DNA of 27,828 nt, taken from IMG/VR virus record IMGVR_UViG_3300042195_000056, positions 1-27,828 of that record; one strand, given 5' to 3'. The translations under genes were made by a program, and so were the position numbers. A model generated the notes under the pieces. It did no database searches, was not told where the DNA came from, and worked only from the letters and a program-made list of their open reading frames with translations. The DNA is from a virus. Lineage: Duplodnaviria > Caudoviricetes. Positions 14,744 to 24,733 of this stretch are shown here, one piece after another (the first letter of the stretch is position 1; each line of letters begins with the position of its first letter).

Positions 14744-15535
14744 ATGAGCGCGCCAGACACCGGGCCATGTCAAAACTGGCCAGCATCGGAAGTGTGCTTC
14801 CACCCGCCTGAGGACGCCACACCAGAGCTGCAGGACTTTGCGCTACAGGTGGCTACGGAGATCCTGTGGCGACGCTCGGGACGCCGCTACGGCCTATGCG
14901 CCGTGACTCTGCGTCCGTGCAAGCAGGATTGTCTACCGGCTCAGCCGTGGATCCCCCAGTTGGGGTCTATGTCGCCGTCCGCGTCTTGGCCGTTCCCGGC
15001 CCTCACAGGCGGTGTGTGGATCAACATTGCTTGTGGCTGCCGGAGGGGGTGCTCGTGCACGCGGGTTGAGGAAGTTGTGTTGCCGTATCCGGTGGCTCAG
15101 GTTGATGAGGTGCTGATCGATGGCATGGTGCTAGACCCTCTGGCGTATCGGGTGGATGAGTGGTCAAGGCTGGTGCGTGTCGACGGCGGCACATGGCCGA
15201 GATGTAACGATCTGTCGAAGAACGACACCGAGGTCGGCACGTGGTCTGTGACGGCTTCCTACGGTGAGGTTGTCCCATCTAGTGGGTCGCTCGCTGTGGG
15301 CGAACTCGCCACGGAGATCATGAAAAGCTGCCTCAACCTGGATTGCAAGATCCCGGCAGCGGCTACGTCGATCAGTCGCCAGGGCGTGAACATCGATCTG
15401 CTGGATGCGTCGTTTGGGAAGAACATCGGGCTGCGCTGGAGTGATTTGTTCATCGCCACCGTTAACCCGTCGAGGTCGCAACCGGCGACGATTATCGATA
15501 TCGACGGGCAGGCACCTGTGAGGACAAACACATAA
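14744..15535 (+). CDS. head-to-tail adaptor
   Basis: ATEILWRRSGRRYGLCAVTLRPC, YRVD...LVRVDGGTWPRC and SISRQGV; position in the module. Confidence 0.7.
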   Translation: MSAPDTGPCQNWPASEVCFHPPEDATPELQDFALQVATEILWRRSGRRYGLCAVTLRPCKQDCLPAQPWIPQLGSMSPSASWPFPALTGGVWINIACGCRRGCSCTRVEEVVLPYPVAQVDEVLIDGMVLDPLAYRVDEWSRLVRVDGGTWPRCNDLSKNDTEVGTWSVTASYGEVVPSSGSLAVGELATEIMKSCLNLDCKIPAAATSISRQGVNIDLLDASFGKNIGLRWSDLFIATVNPSRSQPATIIDIDGQAPVRTNT

Positions 15536-16101
15536 TGTTGATGACTGCAGCGAACCCTGTCGGGTTGTGGGAGGTTGCCGAGACGATCCGGCAATGCATC
15601 CATGATGAGCTGGAGGAGAACGCGACGGGTGGCGCGCCTGGCCGGTCGTGCGTGATTTGGGGTGCGATTGCGTGGGATGACTGCGAATGCGGCCAGTTGA
15701 CGGTGGCGTTGGGGCGGCAGTTCCCTACCGGCAATTCCCCGAATGAGGGTTCGGCTGCGTTGCGGTCGGGTGCTCAGCACAGGCAGTCAAAGTGCGGGTT
15801 CCCCATCTGGGGGCAGACACTCACGGCGTCGATTCTTCGGTGCGCACCTGTGCAGGACGGCCAGGGCAACGCGCCGACCTGTGAGGCCCTGTCGGAGGCG
15901 GCGTTGCGGGCGACGGAGGACGCGTGGCGGGTACGTAACGCGGTTGTGTGCTGCCTACGCGGAATGAACACGGATGGTGCGCTCTACGACTGGGCTGTGA
16001 CTGGTCAGGACGCTGTAGGCCCACAGGGGGCGTGTCAGGGGTCGGCGTTGACGATGAACGTGTTCGTAGACAACTGGTGCAACTGTGTTGAAGGCTCATA
16101 A
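15535..16101 (+). CDS. head-tail connector / tail terminator-like protein
   Basis: TAATG-coupled; AWDDCECGQLTV and GPQGACQG; position in the module. Confidence 0.55.
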   Translation: MLMTAANPVGLWEVAETIRQCIHDELEENATGGAPGRSCVIWGAIAWDDCECGQLTVALGRQFPTGNSPNEGSAALRSGAQHRQSKCGFPIWGQTLTASILRCAPVQDGQGNAPTCEALSEAALRATEDAWRVRNAVVCCLRGMNTDGALYDWAVTGQDAVGPQGACQGSALTMNVFVDNWCNCVEGS

Positions 16102-16418
16102 TGCCGGTCACGATCACGCGGCAGATCCACGTACAGAACATTGAACGCCTGGGTGCGTCACCGGGCGTGGTGCGCTATATGACGGCTCGTGGTGTGCAGG
16201 TGCAGTCAGCGGCGCGGGAACGGTTGCGGGAGTCGCCGCGTAGGATCGACACCGGCACTCTGATCAATTCCATTCAGGTTGAGGTGCGTGTCGTCGGCAC
16301 TATTGTGATCGTCAGGATTGGCACCAACGTGGAGTATGCGATCTTCGTGCATGACGGCACACGGTTTATGGCCGCGAACCCGTTTTTGGCGGACGCAGTG
16401 CGTAGAGTATTCGGGTAA
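16101..16418 (+). CDS. HK97 gp10-like tail completion protein
   Basis: IDTGTLINSI, IGTNVEYAIFVHDGTRFMAANPFLADA. Confidence 0.85.
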   Translation: MPVTITRQIHVQNIERLGASPGVVRYMTARGVQVQSAARERLRESPRRIDTGTLINSIQVEVRVVGTIVIVRIGTNVEYAIFVHDGTRFMAANPFLADAVRRVFG

Positions 16419-16445
16419 CTGAGGGAACGAGGGGAAACCAGAAAC

Positions 16446-17057
16446 ATGACTGATCTTGACGTTTCGTATGATGCTGCCGAACGTGAGCTTCAGCAGGAGC
16501 TTGACCGGATCCGCGCTGAACGCCAAGCCGGTGCCGTAGAGGTGGATCCGTCGCTTGTCGCTGCACCTGGTGAGACTTGGGAGTTGAACACCACAGGCGG
16601 CAGAGCGAAGCCGTACCGGTTCATGCTGGACGGTGAGGAAATGCTCGCGGCGTCTGTGATGCCTGCCGGTTATACCATTGACATGCTCGACAACCGGGCC
16701 GACTTGTCGTCGAAGGACCGTAAGAAACAGTTCGACATCATCATGTCCATGCTGGGCGCGATCCTGTATCCCGAGTCGATGGAGCTGCTGCGGGACCGGA
16801 TGCGTGATCCGAAGCATCCGGTGGAGATCGGCGACGTCACCACGATCCTCAACCACTTGTCGACTGTGGTGTATGGACGCCCTACCCGGCAGTCGTCGGC
16901 CTCGCAAGACGCGCCTGCGACCACTGGCACGACTTCGACGGATGGTGCCTCGCCCGCCGAGTCGACTACCGGTCCCTCCCCGACGACTCCCGTACCCTCA
17001 ACCTCGTCTATGCCTGGCTCGTCGACGGATACGACGCCAAGCAGCGAGCTGCTGTAG
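16446..17057 (+). CDS. tail assembly chaperone (G product)
   Basis: Lies upstream of the tape measure gene; core ends VYGRPT, followed by a low-complexity tail. Confidence 0.8.
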   Translation: MTDLDVSYDAAERELQQELDRIRAERQAGAVEVDPSLVAAPGETWELNTTGGRAKPYRFMLDGEEMLAASVMPAGYTIDMLDNRADLSSKDRKKQFDIIMSMLGAILYPESMELLRDRMRDPKHPVEIGDVTTILNHLSTVVYGRPTRQSSASQDAPATTGTTSTDGASPAESTTGPSPTTPVPSTSSMPGSSTDTTPSSELL

Positions 17058-17236
17058 AGAAAGCGATAGACGACGCGGCCACTGAGTGGATTGCGGCGGT
17101 ACAGATGTCACGATCCCGCCCGGCCCAGAACAGTAACGGTGAGCGTGTCCTCACAGCCCCGTCGTGGTGGTACGACGGCCCAGACCCTACGGCGTCTAAC
17201 CTGGGAGCATCACGCGCCATGCGCGACCTACGGTGA
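16880..17236 (+). CDS. -1 frameshift extension of the tail chaperone (GT product; not in ORF track)
   Basis: The -1 frame is open 16808-17236 with no usable early start: PYPAVVGLARRACDHWHDFDGWCLARRVDYRSLPDDSRTLNLVYAWL...APSWW. It ends at the tape measure RBS. Confidence 0.75.
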   Translation, partial: PYPAVVGLARRACDHWHDFDGWCLARRVDYRSLPDDSRTLNLVYAWLVDGYDAKQRAAVEKAIDDAATEWIAAVQMSRSRPAQNSNGERVLTAPSWWYDGPDPTASNLGASRAMRDLR

Positions 17237-17248
17237 GGGAGACGTGCT

Positions 17249-20200
17249 GTGACTATCGGCGAGGAAGTGTTCGTTGAGCTGCAGCCACAGATCAACCCCG
17301 CTGATTTCGTGCAGGCCGTCGACGCGGCTATGTCGGCGGTTGAGGAACGCGCCGAGGAGGCCACATCTGCGGTTGAGACTGCGTTCGATTCTGCTGCCGG
17401 TAACGCTGCTTCATCATTGGACGATATAGATCCGGACTTTGATGACGTTTCCAGTAGCGCCGATGATGCGGGCGCGGATGTTGAGACAGCGTTCGACGAG
17501 GCCGCCAGTGCCGCTGAGACGGCCCTACAGGGCGTGGACGGGGATGGGTTCACCTCGGCTACGGACGACGCTCAGGAAGCCGCTGGCGGCGTGTCAGATG
17601 CTTTCTCACAGGCAGCCGACAACGCTAGTAGCTCACTAGAAGACGTAGACGCTGATTTCGGTGATGTGGTCGACTCTGCCGAGGACGCCGCTGATGGTGT
17701 GCAGGAAGCGTTCGACAGTATCGATCCGGACTTCTCAGCGATAGAAGACGCCGCTGATGAAGCTGCTGATGCTCTCGACGTCATCCCAGACGCTGCTTCT
17801 GATGCTGTGGGGGCGGCGGAGGACGCTTTCAGTGACGCTGACATCGCCAGTGGTATTGAGGCCAGCGCTGACGATGCGAGCCGGTCACTGGGTGATATTG
17901 CCGATTCTGCTGCTAGCTCTGCTAGTGATGCGGAGTCAGCGTTTGATGGTGTCGGGTCGGGTATCGGTCAGGAGTTCGACGAAGCAGGAGATTCGGCGGA
18001 CGGGCTTGACCTGTCGCTTCGGGATCTCGTCGCGACGGCGATCAGCTTGGAGGCTTTTCGCCGGTCGGCGTTGGCTGCGGAGGCTCTGAATTCTCAGCTC
18101 ATCATTCTTGATAGCCAGGTCAATGCTGCCGGGACGTCGGTCGGTTTCACCACCGAACAGCTTGAAGATATGGCGCGCGCGTCGTCGATTCGTCTAGGCG
18201 TTGACACCACCGATCTGATCACTGCGCAACGAAACATTCTCCTGTTCGCTGATATCGCTGATGAGCAGTTCACCCGTGCTACCGAGTTGTCGTTTGACAT
18301 GGCAACTGTGATGGGTCGCGATGTGCCTGGCGCGGCGCGTGCTCTCGGCTTGGCGTTGTCGGACCCAACTCGCGGCTTGACGAGACTTGAGCGCCAGGTG
18401 GGGTTCTTTGACCAGTCGTTGAAGGACGCCGTCGCCGAGATGGTTGAGATGGGCGACACGGCAGGCGCGAATGAGCTGATCCTGTCTGAGCTGGAGAACC
18501 GTTTCGGTGGGGTCGGTGAAGCTGCTAGAGATTCGTCGGCCCGTATCGCTGCAGCCTCGCAGGAAGCGCTACGCACCCTGGGTGGGCCGATCATCGCTGC
18601 GGTCGACGACAATATCGACTCGATCCTGTCGATCCTTGAGTCCCTGCTGCCTGTGGCAGAGAACCTCGGCGAACTCGTTGGTGTCACGGTCGATCTGCTC
18701 GCTGCTGCTGCACCTGCGATTGAGTTCTTCGCCGACGCGATCGCAAGTATCCCCGATCCGGCGCTGCAGGTTGCTGCCGCGTTCTTGGCTGCCCGTGCCG
18801 CTACCCGGTTGTTCTCGGCGGCGTTGGGGTTGCTGCGTGCTCACCCTCTGGTGCTGATCGCGACGGGTTTGGCTGGGGTTGCTGCCGCTGTTGGGCTACT
18901 GGGCAGCGAGTCGGAGGACGCCGCACCAGGTGTGAACGAGCTGGAACTCTCCATCGACAACCTACGCCGGGGCCAGATTGATGAACTCACCCGCGAGATC
19001 CTGAACCTGAATGACGGGTTCCGGGAGATGGGTGACCGGAACTTTTTCCAGCGGGTCGGCGACAACCTGACCAACCTCAACGGTTTGCTGGGGGAACCGG
19101 CAACATCTAGCGAGCAACTGTCGAAAGCGTTCGACGATCTCACTGATTCGGTTGAGCCGCTTGATCAGCAGTTCGCCGCGTTGGTGCAGGGCGGCGACAT
19201 CGAAGCGGTCGATGATGCGTTGGCGACTCTGCAGGAAGGTCTCGGGCTCACTGACGATGAGATGGCTGAGTTCGTCGACACGACGATGCCGGAATATGTG
19301 GCGGCGCTAGAACTACATGATCGGGCGGTGCAGGACGCTGCAGCCGCTCAGGAGGAATTAGGCGCGGCGACGGAGGAGGTCGGTGATGCGCTCTCGGCGT
19401 TGGACGCTGCCCCGTCTGCGCAGTCGTTCGTCGGGTTAACGCAGGCTTTGGCGGATAGCGAGCTGCAGGCTGAGGACATGGCCGCTGTGGCGGAAGCTTT
19501 GGGCGTTGATCTGAGTGTGTTGAGCGACACGGTTGTGCCGGGTGTGAACACTGAGTTCGCCAACCTGGTCTCTAGTGTGCAGTCAACTATGCCGGGGTTC
19601 TCCGACGCGATCACGAGGGCGTTCGAGCTGGCACAGGAGGCCGAACGTGACCTGAACTTTGATGACGTCCGGCAAGGTATCAGCGACACGCTCATGGATG
19701 CTGAAGCGTTCCAAACCGATCTACGGACCATTCTCGATGCCGGTCTGGTCAACCTGTTTGAGCTAGCCGTGACTGGTGGACCGGAGATCGCTTCGGCGAT
19801 CGTGGACGGCATCGGCTCCGACGAGAACGTACAGAGCATGGAGAACAACCTCGCCACCCTGAACGAGATCATGCAGGAACAAACTTTGCAGATGGCCGCT
19901 GACGCTGCCGTCGTGTCATTCTTCGTCGGCCAAGCCCTAGAGAGCGGCACCCTCGAAGGCATCGAGGCGCTACCCGAGAATGTGCGCTCAGTCATTGAGA
20001 ACACTGTCGGAGTGTTCGCTGAGGAAGACCCGACCACGGAGGCGACACAGTGGGCGAACAACGCCAACGCCGCGATTGATGAGGGCATCCGTGGCGCTGA
20101 GGCCGCAACGCGTACCGCGTGGGGTAGGAGCATCCCGGCTCTGATCGTTGCTGGCGCGCCTGTCAGTCAGGCTCGTGCGGCGACTGTTGCGGCACGTGTC

Positions 20201-20956
20201 GTCTCAGGCCTTACTAGAGGCTGGAACGGTATTCCTGGTATTACGCGGCGCACGTTCGGGGTGGAGTTGCCTGGCAACATCAGGGCACAAAACACCCGTG
20301 CGTCGAACGCAGGTAGAGGGGTAGGCAGGTCTGCTGGGTCAGGCATGCAGGGGGGGATCAATTCCCGCGCGGGCGGCATCAGCAGTGCGGCACGACGGGC
20401 GATCAACAACGCGGTCTCATCGGCGCGTCGCGTCGCACAAGGCGGCAACGTTTCCGGTATCGGTTCGTCGATGGCTTCTGGTATCACTAGCGGGCTTGGG
20501 TCGTCGCGTTCGGTCGCGAACATTATCGCTGCCGCTATTCGGCTGGTGCTGAACGCGATCGCTGCAGCGAGGCGTGCTGCCGGGATTTCGTCGCCGTCCA
20601 GGTTGTTCGCGGTAGAGATCGGTGGCCCCATCTCTGACGGCATCGCTGAGGGCATCCTAGGCGGCGAAGCAGGTGTGCTTGCTGCGACTCAGAGGGTGCT
20701 GGACTCAGCGGCTACGGCTGAGGGCGCGATACCAAGCTTCGGTGGTCCTGGTGGGGATCGGCGGTTCGCTGGCGGCCCGGATGGTGTGCAGACGTTGACG
20801 GCTGCACCTCCGCCTGTGGAGTTGCTGATCCGTGGTGACGGTTCACCGGAGGCTGAGTTGATGGTGCGTATGCTGCAGAAGGCTGTCAGGGTGCGTGGCG
20901 GCGACGTTCAGGAAGTGCTTGGCACGAGGAACCGGGGCAACGGGAACGGGAGCTGA
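17249..20956 (+). CDS. tape measure protein
   Basis: 1235 aa, Ala-rich and helical; starts MTIGEEVFVEL; ALSDPTRGLTRL and AGISSPSRLF motifs; follows the chaperone. Confidence 0.95.
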   Translation: MTIGEEVFVELQPQINPADFVQAVDAAMSAVEERAEEATSAVETAFDSAAGNAASSLDDIDPDFDDVSSSADDAGADVETAFDEAASAAETALQGVDGDGFTSATDDAQEAAGGVSDAFSQAADNASSSLEDVDADFGDVVDSAEDAADGVQEAFDSIDPDFSAIEDAADEAADALDVIPDAASDAVGAAEDAFSDADIASGIEASADDASRSLGDIADSAASSASDAESAFDGVGSGIGQEFDEAGDSADGLDLSLRDLVATAISLEAFRRSALAAEALNSQLIILDSQVNAAGTSVGFTTEQLEDMARASSIRLGVDTTDLITAQRNILLFADIADEQFTRATELSFDMATVMGRDVPGAARALGLALSDPTRGLTRLERQVGFFDQSLKDAVAEMVEMGDTAGANELILSELENRFGGVGEAARDSSARIAAASQEALRTLGGPIIAAVDDNIDSILSILESLLPVAENLGELVGVTVDLLAAAAPAIEFFADAIASIPDPALQVAAAFLAARAATRLFSAALGLLRAHPLVLIATGLAGVAAAVGLLGSESEDAAPGVNELELSIDNLRRGQIDELTREILNLNDGFREMGDRNFFQRVGDNLTNLNGLLGEPATSSEQLSKAFDDLTDSVEPLDQQFAALVQGGDIEAVDDALATLQEGLGLTDDEMAEFVDTTMPEYVAALELHDRAVQDAAAAQEELGAATEEVGDALSALDAAPSAQSFVGLTQALADSELQAEDMAAVAEALGVDLSVLSDTVVPGVNTEFANLVSSVQSTMPGFSDAITRAFELAQEAERDLNFDDVRQGISDTLMDAEAFQTDLRTILDAGLVNLFELAVTGGPEIASAIVDGIGSDENVQSMENNLATLNEIMQEQTLQMAADAAVVSFFVGQALESGTLEGIEALPENVRSVIENTVGVFAEEDPTTEATQWANNANAAIDEGIRGAEAATRTAWGRSIPALIVAGAPVSQARAATVAARVVSGLTRGWNGIPGITRRTFGVELPGNIRAQNTRASNAGRGVGRSAGSGMQGGINSRAGGISSAARRAINNAVSSARRVAQGGNVSGIGSSMASGITSGLGSSRSVANIIAAAIRLVLNAIAAARRAAGISSPSRLFAVEIGGPISDGIAEGILGGEAGVLAATQRVLDSAATAEGAIPSFGGPGGDRRFAGGPDGVQTLTAAPPPVELLIRGDGSPEAELMVRMLQKAVRVRGGDVQEVLGTRNRGNGNGS

Positions 20957-20957
20957 C

Positions 20958-21467
20958 ATGACTGTGACTGCGTTGACGTGCGGTGTGGATCAGCCGTTCG
21001 TGTATGACCGGTTCGTGCGGGTGCTGTTCGCTGAAGACATCGCGGACATCAGCGATGTGACACGCGAAGAAATCAACACTGCGGTTGACACTACTGAGGC
21101 GTACTGCCTGACAGGTATTGATGGCTGGGAAGCCGACTCGGCGATCATCACCGACCCCAACTGGGGCGTGTTCCTAGCGCAGCGTCCCGGCCAGGTGAGC
21201 GTCCGTGCGGCTGTGTTGCAGTATGCGGCGCTCCCGTCCGGTATGGACGTGAGAGCGCTGTTGGCGCGGGGGGTTCGCGGCTACATCCTGATCCTCCCTG
21301 CCGGGGACGAACCGGGAACGGTGATGAACGTGTATCCGGTGTGGGTGGCGAAAGTGTTCCAGCTTCAACGGCTCGGTGGCCCTAGCGGCGGCGGCGGCGC
21401 TTTAGTGCAAGTGAATTGCGCGATCCGCCGCACGGTTGCCGAGAACGTGATTGTTCCGGGGTTCTGA
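20958..21467 (+). CDS. tail-tube-family protein at the distal-tail position
   Basis: GGGAG RBS. IADISDVTREEIN...GW...PGQVS...DVRALLARG..GYILILPAGD..G..MNVYPVWV...AENVIVP resembles a Streptomyces-type phage tail tube family. Confidence 0.6.
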   Translation: MTVTALTCGVDQPFVYDRFVRVLFAEDIADISDVTREEINTAVDTTEAYCLTGIDGWEADSAIITDPNWGVFLAQRPGQVSVRAAVLQYAALPSGMDVRALLARGVRGYILILPAGDEPGTVMNVYPVWVAKVFQLQRLGGPSGGGGALVQVNCAIRRTVAENVIVPGF

Positions 21468-24211
21468 TGGCTCTGTTGTTTCCGGATCCTCAACGGTGGC
21501 TGGTCGAGATCGCGTTCGGTGCTGCACCTGACGGCGACCCGGACGAGTGGACGTGGACGGACGTTTCGGCGGATCTGAAAACCGTTGACGGCATTGCCGG
21601 TTTCAACGGGCGTAGCGATGAGCAGTCACGCGCTCGCCCGTTTCAGTGGGTGTTCGCGCTCGACAACACAACCGGAAAATACACGCCGGACCATCCGACG
21701 TCGCCGTTCTACCCGAAAGTTCGGTTGGGCACACCGTGCCGTCTCACCCCGCTACTAGAGGACGGAGGCAGCGGCGACGTCCCGTTGGATGCTGGGTTCA
21801 TCGCCGAGTGGACGCCACAGTGGCCGGAGGGCGACCTGTCGGATGTGGGGGTCACAGCAGTCGATGTTGTGGATGCCGACCCTGAGAACGATTCCAGTAT
21901 GGGTGGGGATGATCCGGGGTATGCGCGTGTCCACGTGGTGGTGTCCGGTCCGCTGCGCAGACTAGGGCAGGGGAACCCGCCGATAGGTTCAGCGATCGCC
22001 CGATCAGTTCCGACTGTCGATACAGTGCAGTTCTATTGGCCGTTTGAGGAGCAGCGCACCACAAGCACGATCGCATCAGGGTTACCTGGCGGCGATCCTG
22101 GCGAGATTGATCCCGATTCTAGGTTTGGGGCCGTCAACCTGTGGCCGGGCTCGTTGCCGTTGCCAGAACAATCCGGTCCATCTTCTGGCTGGCGGCTGCC
22201 GGTACGCGACTTCCAGTCACAGCCTGGATTAGATGAGGTCTGGCGTGTCGACGCGTTGTTCACAATCAGCGAGCAACCAACCGTAGATGCCTTGATATTC
22301 ACGGTTGACACCAACGGCACACAAGTCAAGGTTCTGCGATTGTTCATCACGTCAGCTGACTCACTCATGCTGGAGAGGGAGAGCCGTGTGGGCGTGATCA
22401 CCCAGGACACTCAGCCGTTCAATGGTGACGACTTGTATGGGCAGCCGTTACGCGTCACGTTTGAGTGGGACCAGCCAGGCGGCGCAAATGTCAACCTGCG
22501 TGCACGGATAGACCGAATCCCAACTGATGGCGATCCTGAAGAGTTGGCGTCGGTAGACAGCGGCTCGTTGGGTAATGTGGCCATCGCCGGGCCGATCTCA
22601 GTCGAACATCCTGGCGTGCTCACGGACAATCCGCCGATGGCATGGGGGCACGTCGCGGTGTCGTCGCCACTTGACGATCCGTACACGCTGAACGCGGTAC
22701 AGGGATACTTGGGTGAGCGCGCCGGGCAACGGTTCGTGCGGCTGTGCCAGGAAGAGAGCGTCACGTTCCAAATCCTCGGCGACCCAGATGCGACCGTGAC
22801 TATGCAGGCGCAGACGCCGACAACATTCGTTGACAACCTCAACCAGATCGAGGAAGCAGACGGCGGCATACTCTTTCCAACACGGCATCTGCCAGGCATG
22901 GGATATCGCACGTTCGTAGACCTGTTGAACCAAGGCGCAGCGGTCACGCTGGATGCGTCACCACATGACAGGCAACCCGACATTGAGATTCCCTATGTCC
23001 CGGTGCTCGACGATAGGGACGCACGAAACGACGTCAAAGTGACCCATGACAGCGGTGAATCGCAGGTCCGCGACGAAGACGACATACGTGACCGTGGACT
23101 CTATCCCGAACAGTTGAACCTTTCCCTGATGAATGACGAGCAGGCACTCGATCGTGCCTCATTTGAGGTCACGCGTGGAACATGGCCCGGTATGCGTGTG
23201 CGGCAGATTACTGCGGCGATCACGCAACGCTACGAGCTGGCCCGCCCGTGGCATGAGATGTTCCAGGGCGACTTGATCCGCGTGGAGAACCTGCCACCAC
23301 AGCACCCGCCAGGGGACGTCGATCTCCTACTGAGAGGCCGGTCGGCATCGTTTACTCCTCTGGACTGGCGCGAGACAGCTAACACCACACCCGCCGGGCC
23401 ATACAGGGCAGGGGTACTGGGCGGCGACGGCGAGCTAGGAGAGTTGGGCACACGCTATGACTCGTCGCGATCCTATCTGTCGGGCGATGTCGACGACTCT
23501 CAGGCGACGATTGACGTGTATGTGCCGGTGCAGCGGTCACGGATTCCGAACAGCGGCTTCGAGGGCGCAGATTTGGGGACGTGGCGGGACAGTCAAGGTG
23601 TGACGCTAGAGGTCACTCAGGGGCGCGCTTTTCGGGGCCTTGGTTCGGTCAGGGTGACCCCGGAAGCGGGGGGGACATCTGAGATTTTGAGCAGTGAGGA
23701 CTATGTCTTCACTAGTGACGTACTGGACTTTGTGCACCAATTCTCGGCGTGGGTGTTTAGTGATGTCGGCGGTTTCGACGTGGCCTTGCGTTTTGCCACA
23801 AACTCGGCGTCTGTTTCCACAGGCACACCTGTGACCCTTCCTGCTGGGCAATGGGTCCGGTTGTTCGCCGAGGAAACAAGCACGGACGACGGCAGCTCGT
23901 TCAGCCAGTTAACAGCTATCGGCGTTGTCTATGACGACGACAACGAGACTCGCCCGATCTGGGTGGACGACATCGAGGTAGGCCTGCGTGGTCAGCCTTG
24001 GGTGAATGACGCAACGTTTCCTGCCGAGTTCCCGTTTGACATCATCATCGGAGGGGAACGGATGCGTGTCACTGCTGCGACGGTTCCGGATGCGGCGCGT
24101 GTACAAACGCTAACCGTGACTAGGGCACTCGACGGGGTTGCTGTTGCTCACACCGCTGGGCGAGATGTGCGGCTCGCTGACCCTATGCGGTTCGCGGCAG
24201 ATCCGAGGTGA
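21467..24211 (+). CDS. large minor tail protein with an inserted carbohydrate-binding-module-like domain
   Basis: TGATG-coupled. VEIAFG...WTWTDVS, GRSDEQS, LDNTTGKYTP, C-terminal GGERMRVT...TVTRALDG; CBM-like PNSGFEG...IWVDDI at ~23543-23980. Confidence 0.85.
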   Translation: MALLFPDPQRWLVEIAFGAAPDGDPDEWTWTDVSADLKTVDGIAGFNGRSDEQSRARPFQWVFALDNTTGKYTPDHPTSPFYPKVRLGTPCRLTPLLEDGGSGDVPLDAGFIAEWTPQWPEGDLSDVGVTAVDVVDADPENDSSMGGDDPGYARVHVVVSGPLRRLGQGNPPIGSAIARSVPTVDTVQFYWPFEEQRTTSTIASGLPGGDPGEIDPDSRFGAVNLWPGSLPLPEQSGPSSGWRLPVRDFQSQPGLDEVWRVDALFTISEQPTVDALIFTVDTNGTQVKVLRLFITSADSLMLERESRVGVITQDTQPFNGDDLYGQPLRVTFEWDQPGGANVNLRARIDRIPTDGDPEELASVDSGSLGNVAIAGPISVEHPGVLTDNPPMAWGHVAVSSPLDDPYTLNAVQGYLGERAGQRFVRLCQEESVTFQILGDPDATVTMQAQTPTTFVDNLNQIEEADGGILFPTRHLPGMGYRTFVDLLNQGAAVTLDASPHDRQPDIEIPYVPVLDDRDARNDVKVTHDSGESQVRDEDDIRDRGLYPEQLNLSLMNDEQALDRASFEVTRGTWPGMRVRQITAAITQRYELARPWHEMFQGDLIRVENLPPQHPPGDVDLLLRGRSASFTPLDWRETANTTPAGPYRAGVLGGDGELGELGTRYDSSRSYLSGDVDDSQATIDVYVPVQRSRIPNSGFEGADLGTWRDSQGVTLEVTQGRAFRGLGSVRVTPEAGGTSEILSSEDYVFTSDVLDFVHQFSAWVFSDVGGFDVALRFATNSASVSTGTPVTLPAGQWVRLFAEETSTDDGSSFSQLTAIGVVYDDDNETRPIWVDDIEVGLRGQPWVNDATFPAEFPFDIIIGGERMRVTAATVPDAARVQTLTVTRALDGVAVAHTAGRDVRLADPMRFAADPR

Positions 24212-24215
24212 GGGC

Positions 24216-24731
24216 ATGACGACGATACGGGCCGGGCAACGAGCTGACGCGGACCGGGTGAACGGGCTCGATGTTGTGACGAGTTTTGTTCCGGACTTGA
24301 CGGGCAACGCGGGTGACACTGGGACTGCCGAGGGCCATGTCCATGTGCAGAACACATGGGTCACCTGCTGGGTGAGAGTCGTATATGGCGGTTCGGGCAT
24401 CACTGTCTTTAATTCCATATACATGTTCCCGCCGCTGCCGATCGACACTGACCGGGTCCGTACGCTTGCTGATACTGGCCGGTCGTCTGAGGCCAACGCG
24501 TTGGGGTGGGGCAAGATGATCGATTCATCATCGAGTTCGAACAACCATCTGGTTTCTGTGGTGGCGGAGACGACCGTACTGTCAGCCCGGACCGCTACTG
24601 GTTTCAGGTTGCGGTACGACGAAAAACTGGTCGATTTCGATGAGCCGTTCACGGTCGCAGGCGGTGACGTGATCACGTTTATGTGTGAGTATCCGGCTGC
24701 CGGGTTCGAACTAGCAGGGAAGGTGGAATAG
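24216..24731 (+). CDS. minor tail / receptor-binding-like protein
   Basis: GAGGTGAGGG upstream; the MTTIRAGQR start is typical of tail-tip proteins; beta-rich domain homologous to the next gene. Confidence 0.7.
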   Translation: MTTIRAGQRADADRVNGLDVVTSFVPDLTGNAGDTGTAEGHVHVQNTWVTCWVRVVYGGSGITVFNSIYMFPPLPIDTDRVRTLADTGRSSEANALGWGKMIDSSSSSNNHLVSVVAETTVLSARTATGFRLRYDEKLVDFDEPFTVAGGDVITFMCEYPAAGFELAGKVE

Positions 24732-24733
24732 CG

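Noticed and set aside
16884-17057. Ser/Thr/Pro-rich chaperone tail as a mucin-like glycosylation target
   Set aside because: The composition is explained as a by-product of the overlapping -1 coding frame.
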